A stretch of DNA of 64,000 nucleotides from the IMG/VR virus record IMGVR_UViG_3300033993_000240. One strand, written 5' to 3'. Below, in pieces: positions 56,569-64,000 of this stretch. The notes under the pieces are model-generated. The model had not been told where the DNA came from. It did not search any database and saw only the letters and a program-made list of their open reading frames with translations. The stretch is from an uncultured virus (IMG/VR IMGVR_UViG_3300033993_000240). Lineage: Duplodnaviria > Heunggongvirae > Uroviricota > Caudoviricetes. Position 1 is the first letter of the stretch; each line of letters starts with the position of its first letter. A program made the position numbers and the translations under genes.

Positions 56569-57789
56569 ATGGCACTGACAAAAGCAACCTATTCCATGAT
56601 TTCAGGGGCGTATGTAAACGCCTTGGATTATGGCGCTGATCCTACTGGTGTTGCTAATAGCCAACCAGCAATTCAAGCCGCATTGAATACTGGCGCAAAT
56701 GTGTTTTTGCCCCGTGGTAATTACAAAATTACAACGACACTGCAATTCACATCAACAGATCAGGTGTTTTTTGGTGAGAACGGAAACGCACTTAACGCCA
56801 CCACTTCAAACAACCCAACTGCTGCGGTCGGTATGTCGCAGATTTTTACGCAGTCGGCAATTTTGATGTTTAGTTGCAATGATAAGCAAGGCGTTTCAAT
56901 CCGAGATATTGTTTTCAATGGTTGCGCCCTTGCAACTGGTGGTATTGATTGCACAGGTGCTGGAGCGCCTGGAGGCATTGCCTTTGGTATTGTGTTTAAC
57001 AATGTTGGCATCAACTCCATTCTTGGAATTGCTCTTGACACAGCAGAGGCAGTTGATGCTCAGTTTTACAACATCAACATTCAAGGGTACGACTATTTAT
57101 CTAACATAGTCACAACTCGAGGTATTAGTTGCGGTGCAACAAACAATAATTTTTATGGTTGCCGTGTTGAAGGTTGCACCAACGGCGCTTTTATTATTGG
57201 CACTATCAACCACTTTTTTGGCTGCACGTTTGCAAACCCAACCGGCACTAACATCAAAATTGGTGGAAACATTTCGCAGTTAAGTTTCAACGGGTGTTAC
57301 CTTGAAAATGGCGTCACAATTTATTCAAATTCGTCATTTGCATATGGATGCGTTGATTTTGTAAATTGTTTTATTCAAAATGCAAACGTCAGCAATTTGA
57401 TTGACCTAACAAATGCCGCATCCTCAAGTCAAGTCAATTTTATTGGTGGCAGATTCCATGAAACGTCTGGGTCGAGCAACATAACTGCACCAAGTGGCGT
57501 GTCTGTAAATTGCATCAATGTTGGTCAGACTACACCAACATTTTCTGGTGCTGGCTCATTTTTGTTGCAGACAAACGCAAACGTGTTTTCATCGGAACCA
57601 AGAACAGTGTTTCCAGGCTATGTTGCTGTTGATGGTTCTACGGCACAAATTCACGCTGGTGTTGGAACTCCACAAGGCGCTGTTACAGCACCTATTGGCT
57701 CTATATTCATGCGTGAAGATGGCGGCGCAGGAACATCTTTTTACGTCAAAGAATCCGGTACTGGAAATACTGGTTGGGTTGCAAAATAA
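56569..57789 (+). CDS. Tailspike beta-helix depolymerase (406 aa)
   Basis: VNALDYGADPTG..S..AIQAA...VFLPRGNY; C-terminal GTPQGAVTAPIGS...YVKESGTGNTGWVAK. Confidence 0.8.
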   Translation: MALTKATYSMISGAYVNALDYGADPTGVANSQPAIQAALNTGANVFLPRGNYKITTTLQFTSTDQVFFGENGNALNATTSNNPTAAVGMSQIFTQSAILMFSCNDKQGVSIRDIVFNGCALATGGIDCTGAGAPGGIAFGIVFNNVGINSILGIALDTAEAVDAQFYNINIQGYDYLSNIVTTRGISCGATNNNFYGCRVEGCTNGAFIIGTINHFFGCTFANPTGTNIKIGGNISQLSFNGCYLENGVTIYSNSSFAYGCVDFVNCFIQNANVSNLIDLTNAASSSQVNFIGGRFHETSGSSNITAPSGVSVNCINVGQTTPTFSGAGSFLLQTNANVFSSEPRTVFPGYVAVDGSTAQIHAGVGTPQGAVTAPIGSIFMREDGGAGTSFYVKESGTGNTGWVAK

Positions 57790-57837
57790 CCGTGCCAGTG
57801 CGGAACACTGGAATTTGATTTTGATTGGAGTATCAAA

Positions 57838-58086
57838 ATGGCTCTCGAAAAAGTAAACGTAGTAGATCGTATTGAAGTTGTTGAAAACGGCTCAATTCAA
57901 GTTCGCACCAAAACCGCAATTCTCGAAGATGGCATTGAAATCAGCAGTAAATTTCATCGTCACGTTGTTGTGCCTGGCGCTGACGTAAGTGGTGAAGATG
58001 ACAAAGTGAAAGTGATTGCAGCATCTATTCACACCTCTGACGTAATTGCAGCATACGAAGCAGCCATCGCTGCACAAGGAATCTGA
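57838..58086 (+). CDS. Tail-fibre-associated small protein (82 aa)
   Basis: VDRIEV..NG.IQVR...EDG.E...FHRHV..PG. Confidence 0.65.
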   Translation: MALEKVNVVDRIEVVENGSIQVRTKTAILEDGIEISSKFHRHVVVPGADVSGEDDKVKVIAASIHTSDVIAAYEAAIAAQGI

Positions 58087-58087
58087 A

Positions 58088-58441
58088 ATGGCTGGTAATT
58101 CACAAATTGCATTTGCACCACTTGGCAAGACCATTGTGGTGGCAGCAGCTGCATCTGCACCTGTTGGCATCCAAGCTCCTGTCTATGCCAAGTTTGACCC
58201 ACAAAATGCAGGTCAGTACCGATTTATCAACAATGGAACCACCACTGTGTTCTTGGGCACTGGCCCAAGCGCAGCAGAGGCTACGGCCAATGCAGTGGCT
58301 CCTGTGGCCGGTACGCCTTCAGCGGCCATCGTGCTGGTGCCTGGCGCTGTTGAGGTCTTGCGCTTCAACATCGACACCTACTTCAGCGGCCTGTCCAGTT
58401 CGGCAGCCACCGTTTACATCACGCCAGGCCAAGGCCTGTAA
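58088..58441 (+). CDS. Small structural protein (117 aa)
   Basis: Ortholog of 25644..25997. Confidence 0.7.
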   Translation: MAGNSQIAFAPLGKTIVVAAAASAPVGIQAPVYAKFDPQNAGQYRFINNGTTTVFLGTGPSAAEATANAVAPVAGTPSAAIVLVPGAVEVLRFNIDTYFSGLSSSAATVYITPGQGL

Positions 58442-58458
58442 TGTTGGGGACTGACGTT

Positions 58459-58674
58459 ATGGCAGTAGAAAGCAACGAGATCGACCTTGTCAAATATGGC
58501 GTGCTCTGGCAAAAAGTGCAGGACATGGACAAAAAGATGGACAAGGTCGAGCGCCAGCTCGAAGAATTGGTGGCGCTGGCCAACAAAGGTCGTGGAGGCC
58601 TTTGGTTTGGCATGACCATTGTTTCTGGCGTATCTGCCGTGGTTGGTTACCTGCTTAATTATTGGAAGCATTGA
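58459..58674 (+). CDS. XhlA/holin-like protein
   Basis: Ortholog of 26015..26230. Confidence 0.65.
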   Translation: MAVESNEIDLVKYGVLWQKVQDMDKKMDKVERQLEELVALANKGRGGLWFGMTIVSGVSAVVGYLLNYWKH

Positions 58675-58811
58675 AATATTTACTTGCGATGGTTTTAACA
58701 CTATCGCAAGTTTCATCAGTTGAATATTGGTGCGTTCGTTGGGCATGGACGGGTGATGTTTTTAATCGCAAAGTAGTATGCCTTGAGTGGAAAAAGGTAG
58801 AGCGAAAATGA
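58671..58811 (+). CDS. Small putatively secreted two-Cys peptide (46 aa)
   Basis: Ortholog of 26227..26367; leader varies, CVRWAWTGDVFNRKVVCLEW invariant. Confidence 0.6.
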   Translation: MKYLLAMVLTLSQVSSVEYWCVRWAWTGDVFNRKVVCLEWKKVERK

Positions 58812-59302
58812 TCGACCCCATTACAGCCCTAGCAGGGCTACAAAGCGCAATTAGCGTAGTCAAAAAAGCCAGCAAGGTCGCAAATGATCTGGCTGGTTTA
58901 GCACCATCTATTGCCAAGATGTTTGACGCTAAGAGCGTGGCCACCAAAGCGATGGTGGAAGCCAAGCGCTCTGGCAACAAATCAAACCTTGGAACAGCCC
59001 TTCAAATCGAGATGGCGCTCGATGAGGCAAAAAGGTTCGAGGCCGAGTTGATGATGCTATTTCAGGCCACAGGCCGAGCAGATGTGTGGCAGAAAATCAA
59101 AGAGCGCCAGCAGCAAATGGACATCGAGGATGCTCATTTAGCCAGGCAAGCCAAAGCGGATGAAAAAAAGCGCAAAGAATCTGAGGCCGAGCAGCTAGAG
59201 TGGGCAGTCGCCATTGTTGTGATCGTGATGCTTATTGGCGCTATTGGCTGGGGCATCAATGAGGTTGCTGAATTGTGCGCTAAGACGCGCTGTGGGCGAT
59301 GA
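58808..59302 (+). CDS. Coiled-coil membrane protein
   Basis: Ortholog of 26364..26858. Confidence 0.7.
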   Translation: MIDPITALAGLQSAISVVKKASKVANDLAGLAPSIAKMFDAKSVATKAMVEAKRSGNKSNLGTALQIEMALDEAKRFEAELMMLFQATGRADVWQKIKERQQQMDIEDAHLARQAKADEKKRKESEAEQLEWAVAIVVIVMLIGAIGWGINEVAELCAKTRCGR

Positions 59303-59448
59303 ATGAGTACCAAAAGCAATTTGACCAATTCCTCAAAATCTTCGTGCGCCTATGCGTGGTTTGGTGGGTGCTTGGTCTGTTGCGATTCCTGCCTGATGAA
59401 TTGGCCGACAAGGTTGTAAATAAGCTACTTGGAATGATTGGACTATGA
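59299..59448 (+). CDS. Small membrane protein (49 aa)
   Basis: Ortholog of 26855..27004. Confidence 0.6.
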   Translation: MNEYQKQFDQFLKIFVRLCVVWWVLGLLRFLPDELADKVVNKLLGMIGL

Positions 59449-60056
59449 GTGACGAAAAACCATCAGATATATTGAGCAAGGTGCTGTCCTATGTTGACAG
59501 CCCATTCAAGTTGTTTGCCCTGATACTCATGGCGGTGTTTGCGTTTGCTGGATACTTTGTCTGGCAGAACCAAGAGCTGCTAATGGGCGCATACAAAGAG
59601 TCCAAAAAGATGCCAAGCATTGTTGAGGACAGGGTGGAAGACGCAGCTGCTCACTTGTTCAAAACCACCAATGCTACCATTGTGGCCGTGTTTAAAGTAA
59701 ACCCCATGTTTGGCACCAGAGTGCTGCATCGCGCCTACACCAAAGAAGGCCGAGACAAAACCAACGATGGGCTTGATGTGGGCCTGTTTACCCAGAACGC
59801 ATCCAACAACGCTGATGTCGTCAAGTTGATGGCCAGCGAGATACCTTGTGGTGAGTACAAGTCAGCACAATCCGAGATGGGCCTTTGGTATATCGCAAAG
59901 GGTGTCACATACACTTGCAGAATCAGCATCCCGCCTGATCCAAATCGGTTCGTGGGCCAAATTACTGTTGGCTGGGATAATGAGCCAGCCGACATTCAGG
60001 TGGCAAGAACCATGATGGAAATTGCAGCAACCATGCTTTCAAGGAGCAAACAATGA
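59445..60056 (+). CDS. Putative T4 T-like holin
   Basis: Ortholog of 27001..27612. Confidence 0.55.
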   Translation: MSDEKPSDILSKVLSYVDSPFKLFALILMAVFAFAGYFVWQNQELLMGAYKESKKMPSIVEDRVEDAAAHLFKTTNATIVAVFKVNPMFGTRVLHRAYTKEGRDKTNDGLDVGLFTQNASNNADVVKLMASEIPCGEYKSAQSEMGLWYIAKGVTYTCRISIPPDPNRFVGQITVGWDNEPADIQVARTMMEIAATMLSRSKQ

Positions 60057-60463
60057 TCGCACTCGACGCACTTTTAAACGTTGGCGGCAAGCTCATCGAC
60101 AAATTGATTCCAGACCCAGAGGCCAAGGCCAAAGCGCAACTGGAGTTGGCGAAGCTGGCGCAAGAAGGTGAGCTGGCAAAGATGGCCAACGACACCAAAC
60201 TGTTTGAGGTGGAACAACAAAACACCACAGACCGATGGACAGCAGACATGGGGTCAGACTCTTGGTTGTCTAAAAACATTCGCCCTATGGCCCTGATAGC
60301 CATCTTCTTAGCCTATTTCATCTTCACTGCAATGTCGGCCTTTGGCTACAACGCACAGGAATCCTACGTCCAGCTGCTTGGCCAGTGGGGACAGATCATT
60401 TTCTTGGCCTATTTTGGTGGCCGCACCGTTGAGAAACTCGCAGACATGCGGAGCAAAAAATGA
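60053..60463 (+). CDS. Holin (3TM-type)
   Basis: Ortholog of 27609..28019. Confidence 0.75.
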   Translation: MIALDALLNVGGKLIDKLIPDPEAKAKAQLELAKLAQEGELAKMANDTKLFEVEQQNTTDRWTADMGSDSWLSKNIRPMALIAIFLAYFIFTAMSAFGYNAQESYVQLLGQWGQIIFLAYFGGRTVEKLADMRSKK

Positions 60464-60897
60464 ACCTCACACCTCACTTCACACTCGAAGAACTAACGGC
60501 TTCAGAGACCGCAGAACGCAACGGCTGGGACAATAGTCCCAATGACACCGAGCTGGCAAACCTGACGCGCCTGGCAGACTTTCTGGAGCAGGTGAAGGTG
60601 GTGCTGGGTGGCAAGCCAATCATGATCAGCTCAGGCCTGCGCACCAAGCTGGTCAATGATGCGGTTGGAAGCAAAGATACCAGCCAGCATCGGACTGGAT
60701 GCGCTGCCGACTTTAAGGTGCCAGGAATGACACCAGACGAGGTGGTGCGCAAGATAATTGACAGCGGCATTGGTTACGACCAAGTGATTCGTGAGTTTGA
60801 TCGCTGGACCCACATCAGCATCTCAAACAGCGAGGACACCAGCCCACGAAAGCAGGCGCTGATCATCGATAAGGCTGGCACCAGACCTTACGCATAA
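60460..60897 (+). CDS. Endolysin, peptidase M15
   Basis: Ortholog of 28016..28453. Confidence 0.88.
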   Translation: MNLTPHFTLEELTASETAERNGWDNSPNDTELANLTRLADFLEQVKVVLGGKPIMISSGLRTKLVNDAVGSKDTSQHRTGCAADFKVPGMTPDEVVRKIIDSGIGYDQVIREFDRWTHISISNSEDTSPRKQALIIDKAGTRPYA

Positions 60898-61070
60898 TTG
60901 GCCACCACAATCGCCACAAAAGCCATCCACAGTAGGCTTAGAACTGCGATCAACAGCCAATAGAAAAAGCGCCTAAAAAGGCGCTTTAATGTTGAAAGTT
61001 GCGGAGCACAAGCAATACGAGAAGGGCAGTCTCTGCCCTGATTGCAATTGCCATCACAGCAAAAATTCAT
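60888..61070 (-). CDS. Small Cys-rich membrane protein
   Basis: Ortholog of 28441..28629. Confidence 0.65.
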   Translation of the reverse strand: MNFCCDGNCNQGRDCPSRIACAPQLSTLKRLFRRFFYWLLIAVLSLLWMAFVAIVVANYA

Positions 61071-61231
61071 GATGACCACCATGCCACCAAAAGGCAGGCA
61101 AAACCAACACCAATGGCGAAGGCCAGCACATAGCCTGCCACGCGCTCCCAAAGCGGCTCCTCGCGGCCATAACCTTGCACCCATGTGCAGTCTGCAAAAT
61201 TACGTGGTGTTTGAAAGTTTGAGTTTTTCAC
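61067..61231 (-). CDS. Small membrane protein (54 aa)
   Basis: Ortholog of 28626..28790. Confidence 0.65.
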   Translation of the reverse strand: MKNSNFQTPRNFADCTWVQGYGREEPLWERVAGYVLAFAIGVGFACLLVAWWSS

Positions 61232-61310
61232 GATCAGCTCCTTGCTGGTTGGTTAATGTGCCCACAGTATAGCACGAAGTCCCACAATCAATGCAACTAG
61301 GGATAAACCA

Positions 61311-61799
61311 TTACATTGAGGTTATCTCCATATCATGCGGCTTGCGCTTGCCATTGAGTAGATCGTGCAGGCGTTTTTCAGTCAATCGGTGGCAACGATA
61401 CATGGTGCGAGCAGGCAACATGTTCAGAAGCTCGGCATAGTCGCTCAGAATCGAGCGTACAGCCTGAATTCCTGTCCCATCCATACGAATGGTGCCACCA
61501 GCCCTGTTTCGCTTGCCAGCAAGCGCCAAAGCGGTGATGGCATCCATCAATAAGCCATTGGAGTCCTCGCAAACCTTCATCTCCACCACCAGCGTCTCCA
61601 TGAGGTTGACTGCATCGGAAACCACACGCCAGTCGTCCGTGGTGGGCGCTGGCGCGGTCTCCATTGCATGCAAGCCTTGGTACATCATGGTGAGCTGGTG
61701 CGTGCGAAACTTCTCAGGCAACGGCTCGGTCGGACTGGCCATCATCTCATCGAGGATGGTGTAGTGCCTTGGCCTTGGCTGTGGCTTGCGCTTTTTCAT
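61311..61799 (-). CDS. Conserved phage protein (162 aa)
   Basis: Ortholog of 28870..29358. Confidence 0.7.
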   Translation of the reverse strand: MKKRKPQPRPRHYTILDEMMASPTEPLPEKFRTHQLTMMYQGLHAMETAPAPTTDDWRVVSDAVNLMETLVVEMKVCEDSNGLLMDAITALALAGKRNRAGGTIRMDGTGIQAVRSILSDYAELLNMLPARTMYRCHRLTEKRLHDLLNGKRKPHDMEITSM

Positions 61800-61930
61800 C
61801 AATAGCCTCGCCAGACGCGCACATCCACCAGCCACAGCGAGACAAAGAACTCGCCACCAGAAAAGCCAATGCCAAACACTGGCCACTTGTGCATCAACGT
61901 GTCGATGCTGATGTGAATCTGCTTCTTCAT
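61799..61930 (-). CDS. Small protein (43 aa)
   Basis: Ortholog of 29358..29489. Confidence 0.55.
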   Translation of the reverse strand: MKKQIHISIDTLMHKWPVFGIGFSGGEFFVSLWLVDVRVWRGY

Positions 61931-62097
61931 GCCTTGGTCTCCTGTGCTTGCTGGCGCTCCAATTCCATCTTGACGCAGTGCAGAATCTGCGCGGCCAGAG
62001 TGCGCGTGTTGCGCTCGGCCATCTTGCGCAGCTCGATCTCGATGTCGGCAGGCAGCCTGATCGTCATGTATCGGTCTTTGATTTTTGAGGTGCTCAT
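61927..62097 (-). CDS. Arc-like RHH regulator
   Basis: Ortholog of 29486..29656. Confidence 0.8.
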   Translation of the reverse strand: MSTSKIKDRYMTIRLPADIEIELRKMAERNTRTLAAQILHCVKMELERQQAQETKA

Positions 62098-62570
62098 GAT
62101 GCCTCCGATGGACGCTCGACATATTCTGTCGCTGGGGTGTAAGGAAATGTGACTGGCACCATGCTTTCGCGATCGGTGTAGTAGGACTTGTGCTTCTCGT
62201 CAGTCTCTTTATCGGTATGCCAATCGTAAAAAACAATACCGTCTATGTCATAGGCTTGGCCATTAAAGCGATCAGCCTGTTTAAAGACACGGCTACAACG
62301 TTTATTTTGGAAAACGCCTTCACTGGCCTCATGCCATTCCCAGTCCTCGCCTGTCAGTGGAACCAATGGCAAGTACATCGCCAGCTTTCTGAACACGTTC
62401 ACTGCGTAAGGAGCAGAACTTCCAGAATGGCCCTCATCAGCAAACACGTCCAACAGCTTTAACACGTGCTTGCAAATTGCTTCTTGCATCTCGTCGTAGT
62501 ACTTGCCATCGTCGTCAAGCCAGCCAGCTGCGCGAAACTCCATCAAAGCATGCTTGTGAATGTTGTTCAT
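62094..62570 (-). CDS. Accessory phage protein (158 aa), unit B only
   Basis: EGHSGSSA, PLTGED.EW, QNKRCSRVFK motifs; replaces two unit-A genes. Confidence 0.78.
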   Translation of the reverse strand: MNNIHKHALMEFRAAGWLDDDGKYYDEMQEAICKHVLKLLDVFADEGHSGSSAPYAVNVFRKLAMYLPLVPLTGEDWEWHEASEGVFQNKRCSRVFKQADRFNGQAYDIDGIVFYDWHTDKETDEKHKSYYTDRESMVPVTFPYTPATEYVERPSEAS

Positions 62571-62932
62571 AAATTGTCCTTGTGTTGGTTGAAAAAGGCC
62601 TGAAGTTTGCCCTTGGCATCATCAGCACCTTTTCCCACTATACAACAGAATCTCACACTTTCAAGATAGGAAATCCAGTCTTTCTGCTCGGCACTCAGGC
62701 TGCCACCCTTGGTGCGCTTCATCTCCACCCAAAGCCCCCAAGCAGGGATGAACAGATCAGGCACGCCAGAGGAAACGCCTTCAGCCTTCAAGCGGCCAGC
62801 GGTGGCAGGACTGCGAGCGCCACCATTGGGAATCGCAAAGATGCGCACGCCTGGCCAAGTCTGGCGAAACCAGCGCACCAGCTCGCGCTGCTCCTCATGC
62901 TCGGTGGGAATACGATTGGTCAAAATGGGCAT
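62567..62932 (-). CDS. VRR-NUC nuclease
   Basis: Ortholog of 30118..30492. Confidence 0.88.
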   Translation of the reverse strand: MPILTNRIPTEHEEQRELVRWFRQTWPGVRIFAIPNGGARSPATAGRLKAEGVSSGVPDLFIPAWGLWVEMKRTKGGSLSAEQKDWISYLESVRFCCIVGKGADDAKGKLQAFFNQHKDNL

Positions 62933-63114
62933 TCGGCCTCCCACTTTGGGCAGGCATCCACCTCGGCAGCAAACTCAGCTGGCGGTGTCATGAAGAACTC
63001 GGTGCACAGGCCATCTGTGCCGTACATCTCGCAGGTATGGCAGCACTTTGGTGGGCCAGCCTTGATCCACTCGCGGTAGTCAACCAAGAATTGCGGCTCT
63101 GGTGGTCGGCTCAT
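62920..63114 (-). CDS. Small Cys-rich protein
   Basis: Ortholog of 30480..30674. Confidence 0.7.
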   Translation of the reverse strand: MSRPPEPQFLVDYREWIKAGPPKCCHTCEMYGTDGLCTEFFMTPPAEFAAEVDACPKWEAECPF

Positions 63115-63263
63115 TTCAGACCCCTTTGCATCAGCTTCACCCAGCACCGAGCGCAATGCCACTTGGTGCGCACCTTGACACCACCAAGCGGATCAGCCTC
63201 ACGGCTGCACACATCACAAACCTTGAGCTTGTGCATTCGATTCATTTGTTCTTCAACTGTCAT
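63111..63263 (-). CDS. Small zinc-finger protein
   Basis: Ortholog of 30671..30823. Confidence 0.65.
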   Translation of the reverse strand: MTVEEQMNRMHKLKVCDVCSREADPLGGVKVRTKWHCARCWVKLMQRGLK

Positions 63264-64000
63264 TCCCAGCTCCTTTTTATTACCCTAAAAAACTTTCCGT
63301 CCTTGCGATACTCGATCCACTCTGGTGGCGTGGCCATGTTCATGTTCTTAACCATGTCCTCCAGCGTCTTCACATTCAGACCACCAGGCACAATGCTGGC
63401 GCTGTTGGCGATACTCAGAAGCTGGCTCATTGCACGCTGGCCTGCATAGCCTTCATGCATGATCGGCAAATACTCGGTGATTGGCGTATCGCTCAGGCCA
63501 CCGTAGTAAGTCACGGCCAGCATCTCGATGCCAGAGGCCTTGCTGATGTGCTTGCGCCATGTCCAGCTCGTCACTTCCAACTCTTGGCCATCCAGACCCA
63601 TGATGTCGTCATTTCGCAACACCATCGATTTTTTTACTGGCTCAGGAAACTGCTCACCGCATGAAGGGCAAAGCATCACCGAAATGTGCACCAGCTCACC
63701 GCAGTGATCGCAAACCTTGACTGGTGCCTCGCCATTCCCATCGCCACCCTTCTTTGGTGGCTGCACATTGGTGATCGGTCCATGCGACTCGACCACACCA
63801 GCAAAGTCGAGAACCAAGCAATGATCGGTGTGGCTCTTTACCCTCATGCCACGGCCTGCCATCTGCACATAAAGGCTGGCGCTCATGGTCGGACGCAACA
63901 TCACCACCAGATCGATGTCTGGATAGTCAAACCCTGTGGTCAACACATTGGCATTGGTGAGCGCACGCACACGGCCAGACTTGAAGTCGGCCAACATGCG
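63260..64000 (-). CDS. SF2 helicase (3' part; truncated by window)
   Basis: Ortholog of 30820..32409. Confidence 0.92.
   Translation of the reverse strand, partial: RMLADFKSGRVRALTNANVLTTGFDYPDIDLVVMLRPTMSASLYVQMAGRGMRVKSHTDHCLVLDFAGVVESHGPITNVQPPKKGGDGNGEAPVKVCDHCGELVHISVMLCPSCGEQFPEPVKKSMVLRNDDIMGLDGQELEVTSWTWRKHISKASGIEMLAVTYYGGLSDTPITEYLPIMHEGYAGQRAMSQLLSIANSASIVPGGLNVKTLEDMVKNMNMATPPEWIEYRKDGKFFRVIKRSWE

Larger units (their letters stand above)
33959..64000. mobile_element. Phage genome unit B (related, diverged copy; truncated by window end)
   Basis: Same gene order as unit A, with many synonymous substitutions and swapped cassettes. Confidence 0.9.

Noticed and set aside
33959..64000. 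Exact duplication or long terminal repeat of one genome
   Set aside because: The copies differ throughout in SNPs and gene content

Overview
The window is entirely phage DNA. It holds two closely related but non-identical P22-like podovirus genomes head-to-tail in the same orientation. Position 1 recurs at 33959, so unit A is 33,958 bp. Unit B runs from 33959 off the window end and would be about 32.4 kb if colinear. Each unit has a leftward recombination/replication module (Sak4-like AAA ATPase, DUF669-like SSB, Cas4-like nuclease, SF2 helicase, VRR-NUC, Arc-like RHH), a Cro-like HTH, a primase-helicase followed by G/C-rich hairpins, terS/terL, a P22-like portal, scaffold, coat, gp4 and gp10, ejection proteins, a tailspike cassette and a seven-gene lysis cassette. 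I see no integrase, CI-like repressor, partition genes, tRNA, rRNA, CRISPR array or host DNA. The two units act as an internal comparative control and reveal swapped cassettes: a PAPS-reductase-family gene frameshifted at a G8 tract, an Acb2/Tad1-like candidate signal sponge versus an unknown gene in the same slot, single-chain versus split tailspike modules, an S74 domain on an ejection protein, and co-swapped ejection-protein termini. Conserved oddities include a T4-T-like holin beside a tiny secreted two-Cys peptide (possible lysis-inhibition-type system), an H-type pseudoknot in the scaffold leader, and a symmetric bidirectional promoter. All family assignments come from motif recall, not database searches. 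Whether the tandem join is biological or an assembly chimera cannot be decided from sequence alone.
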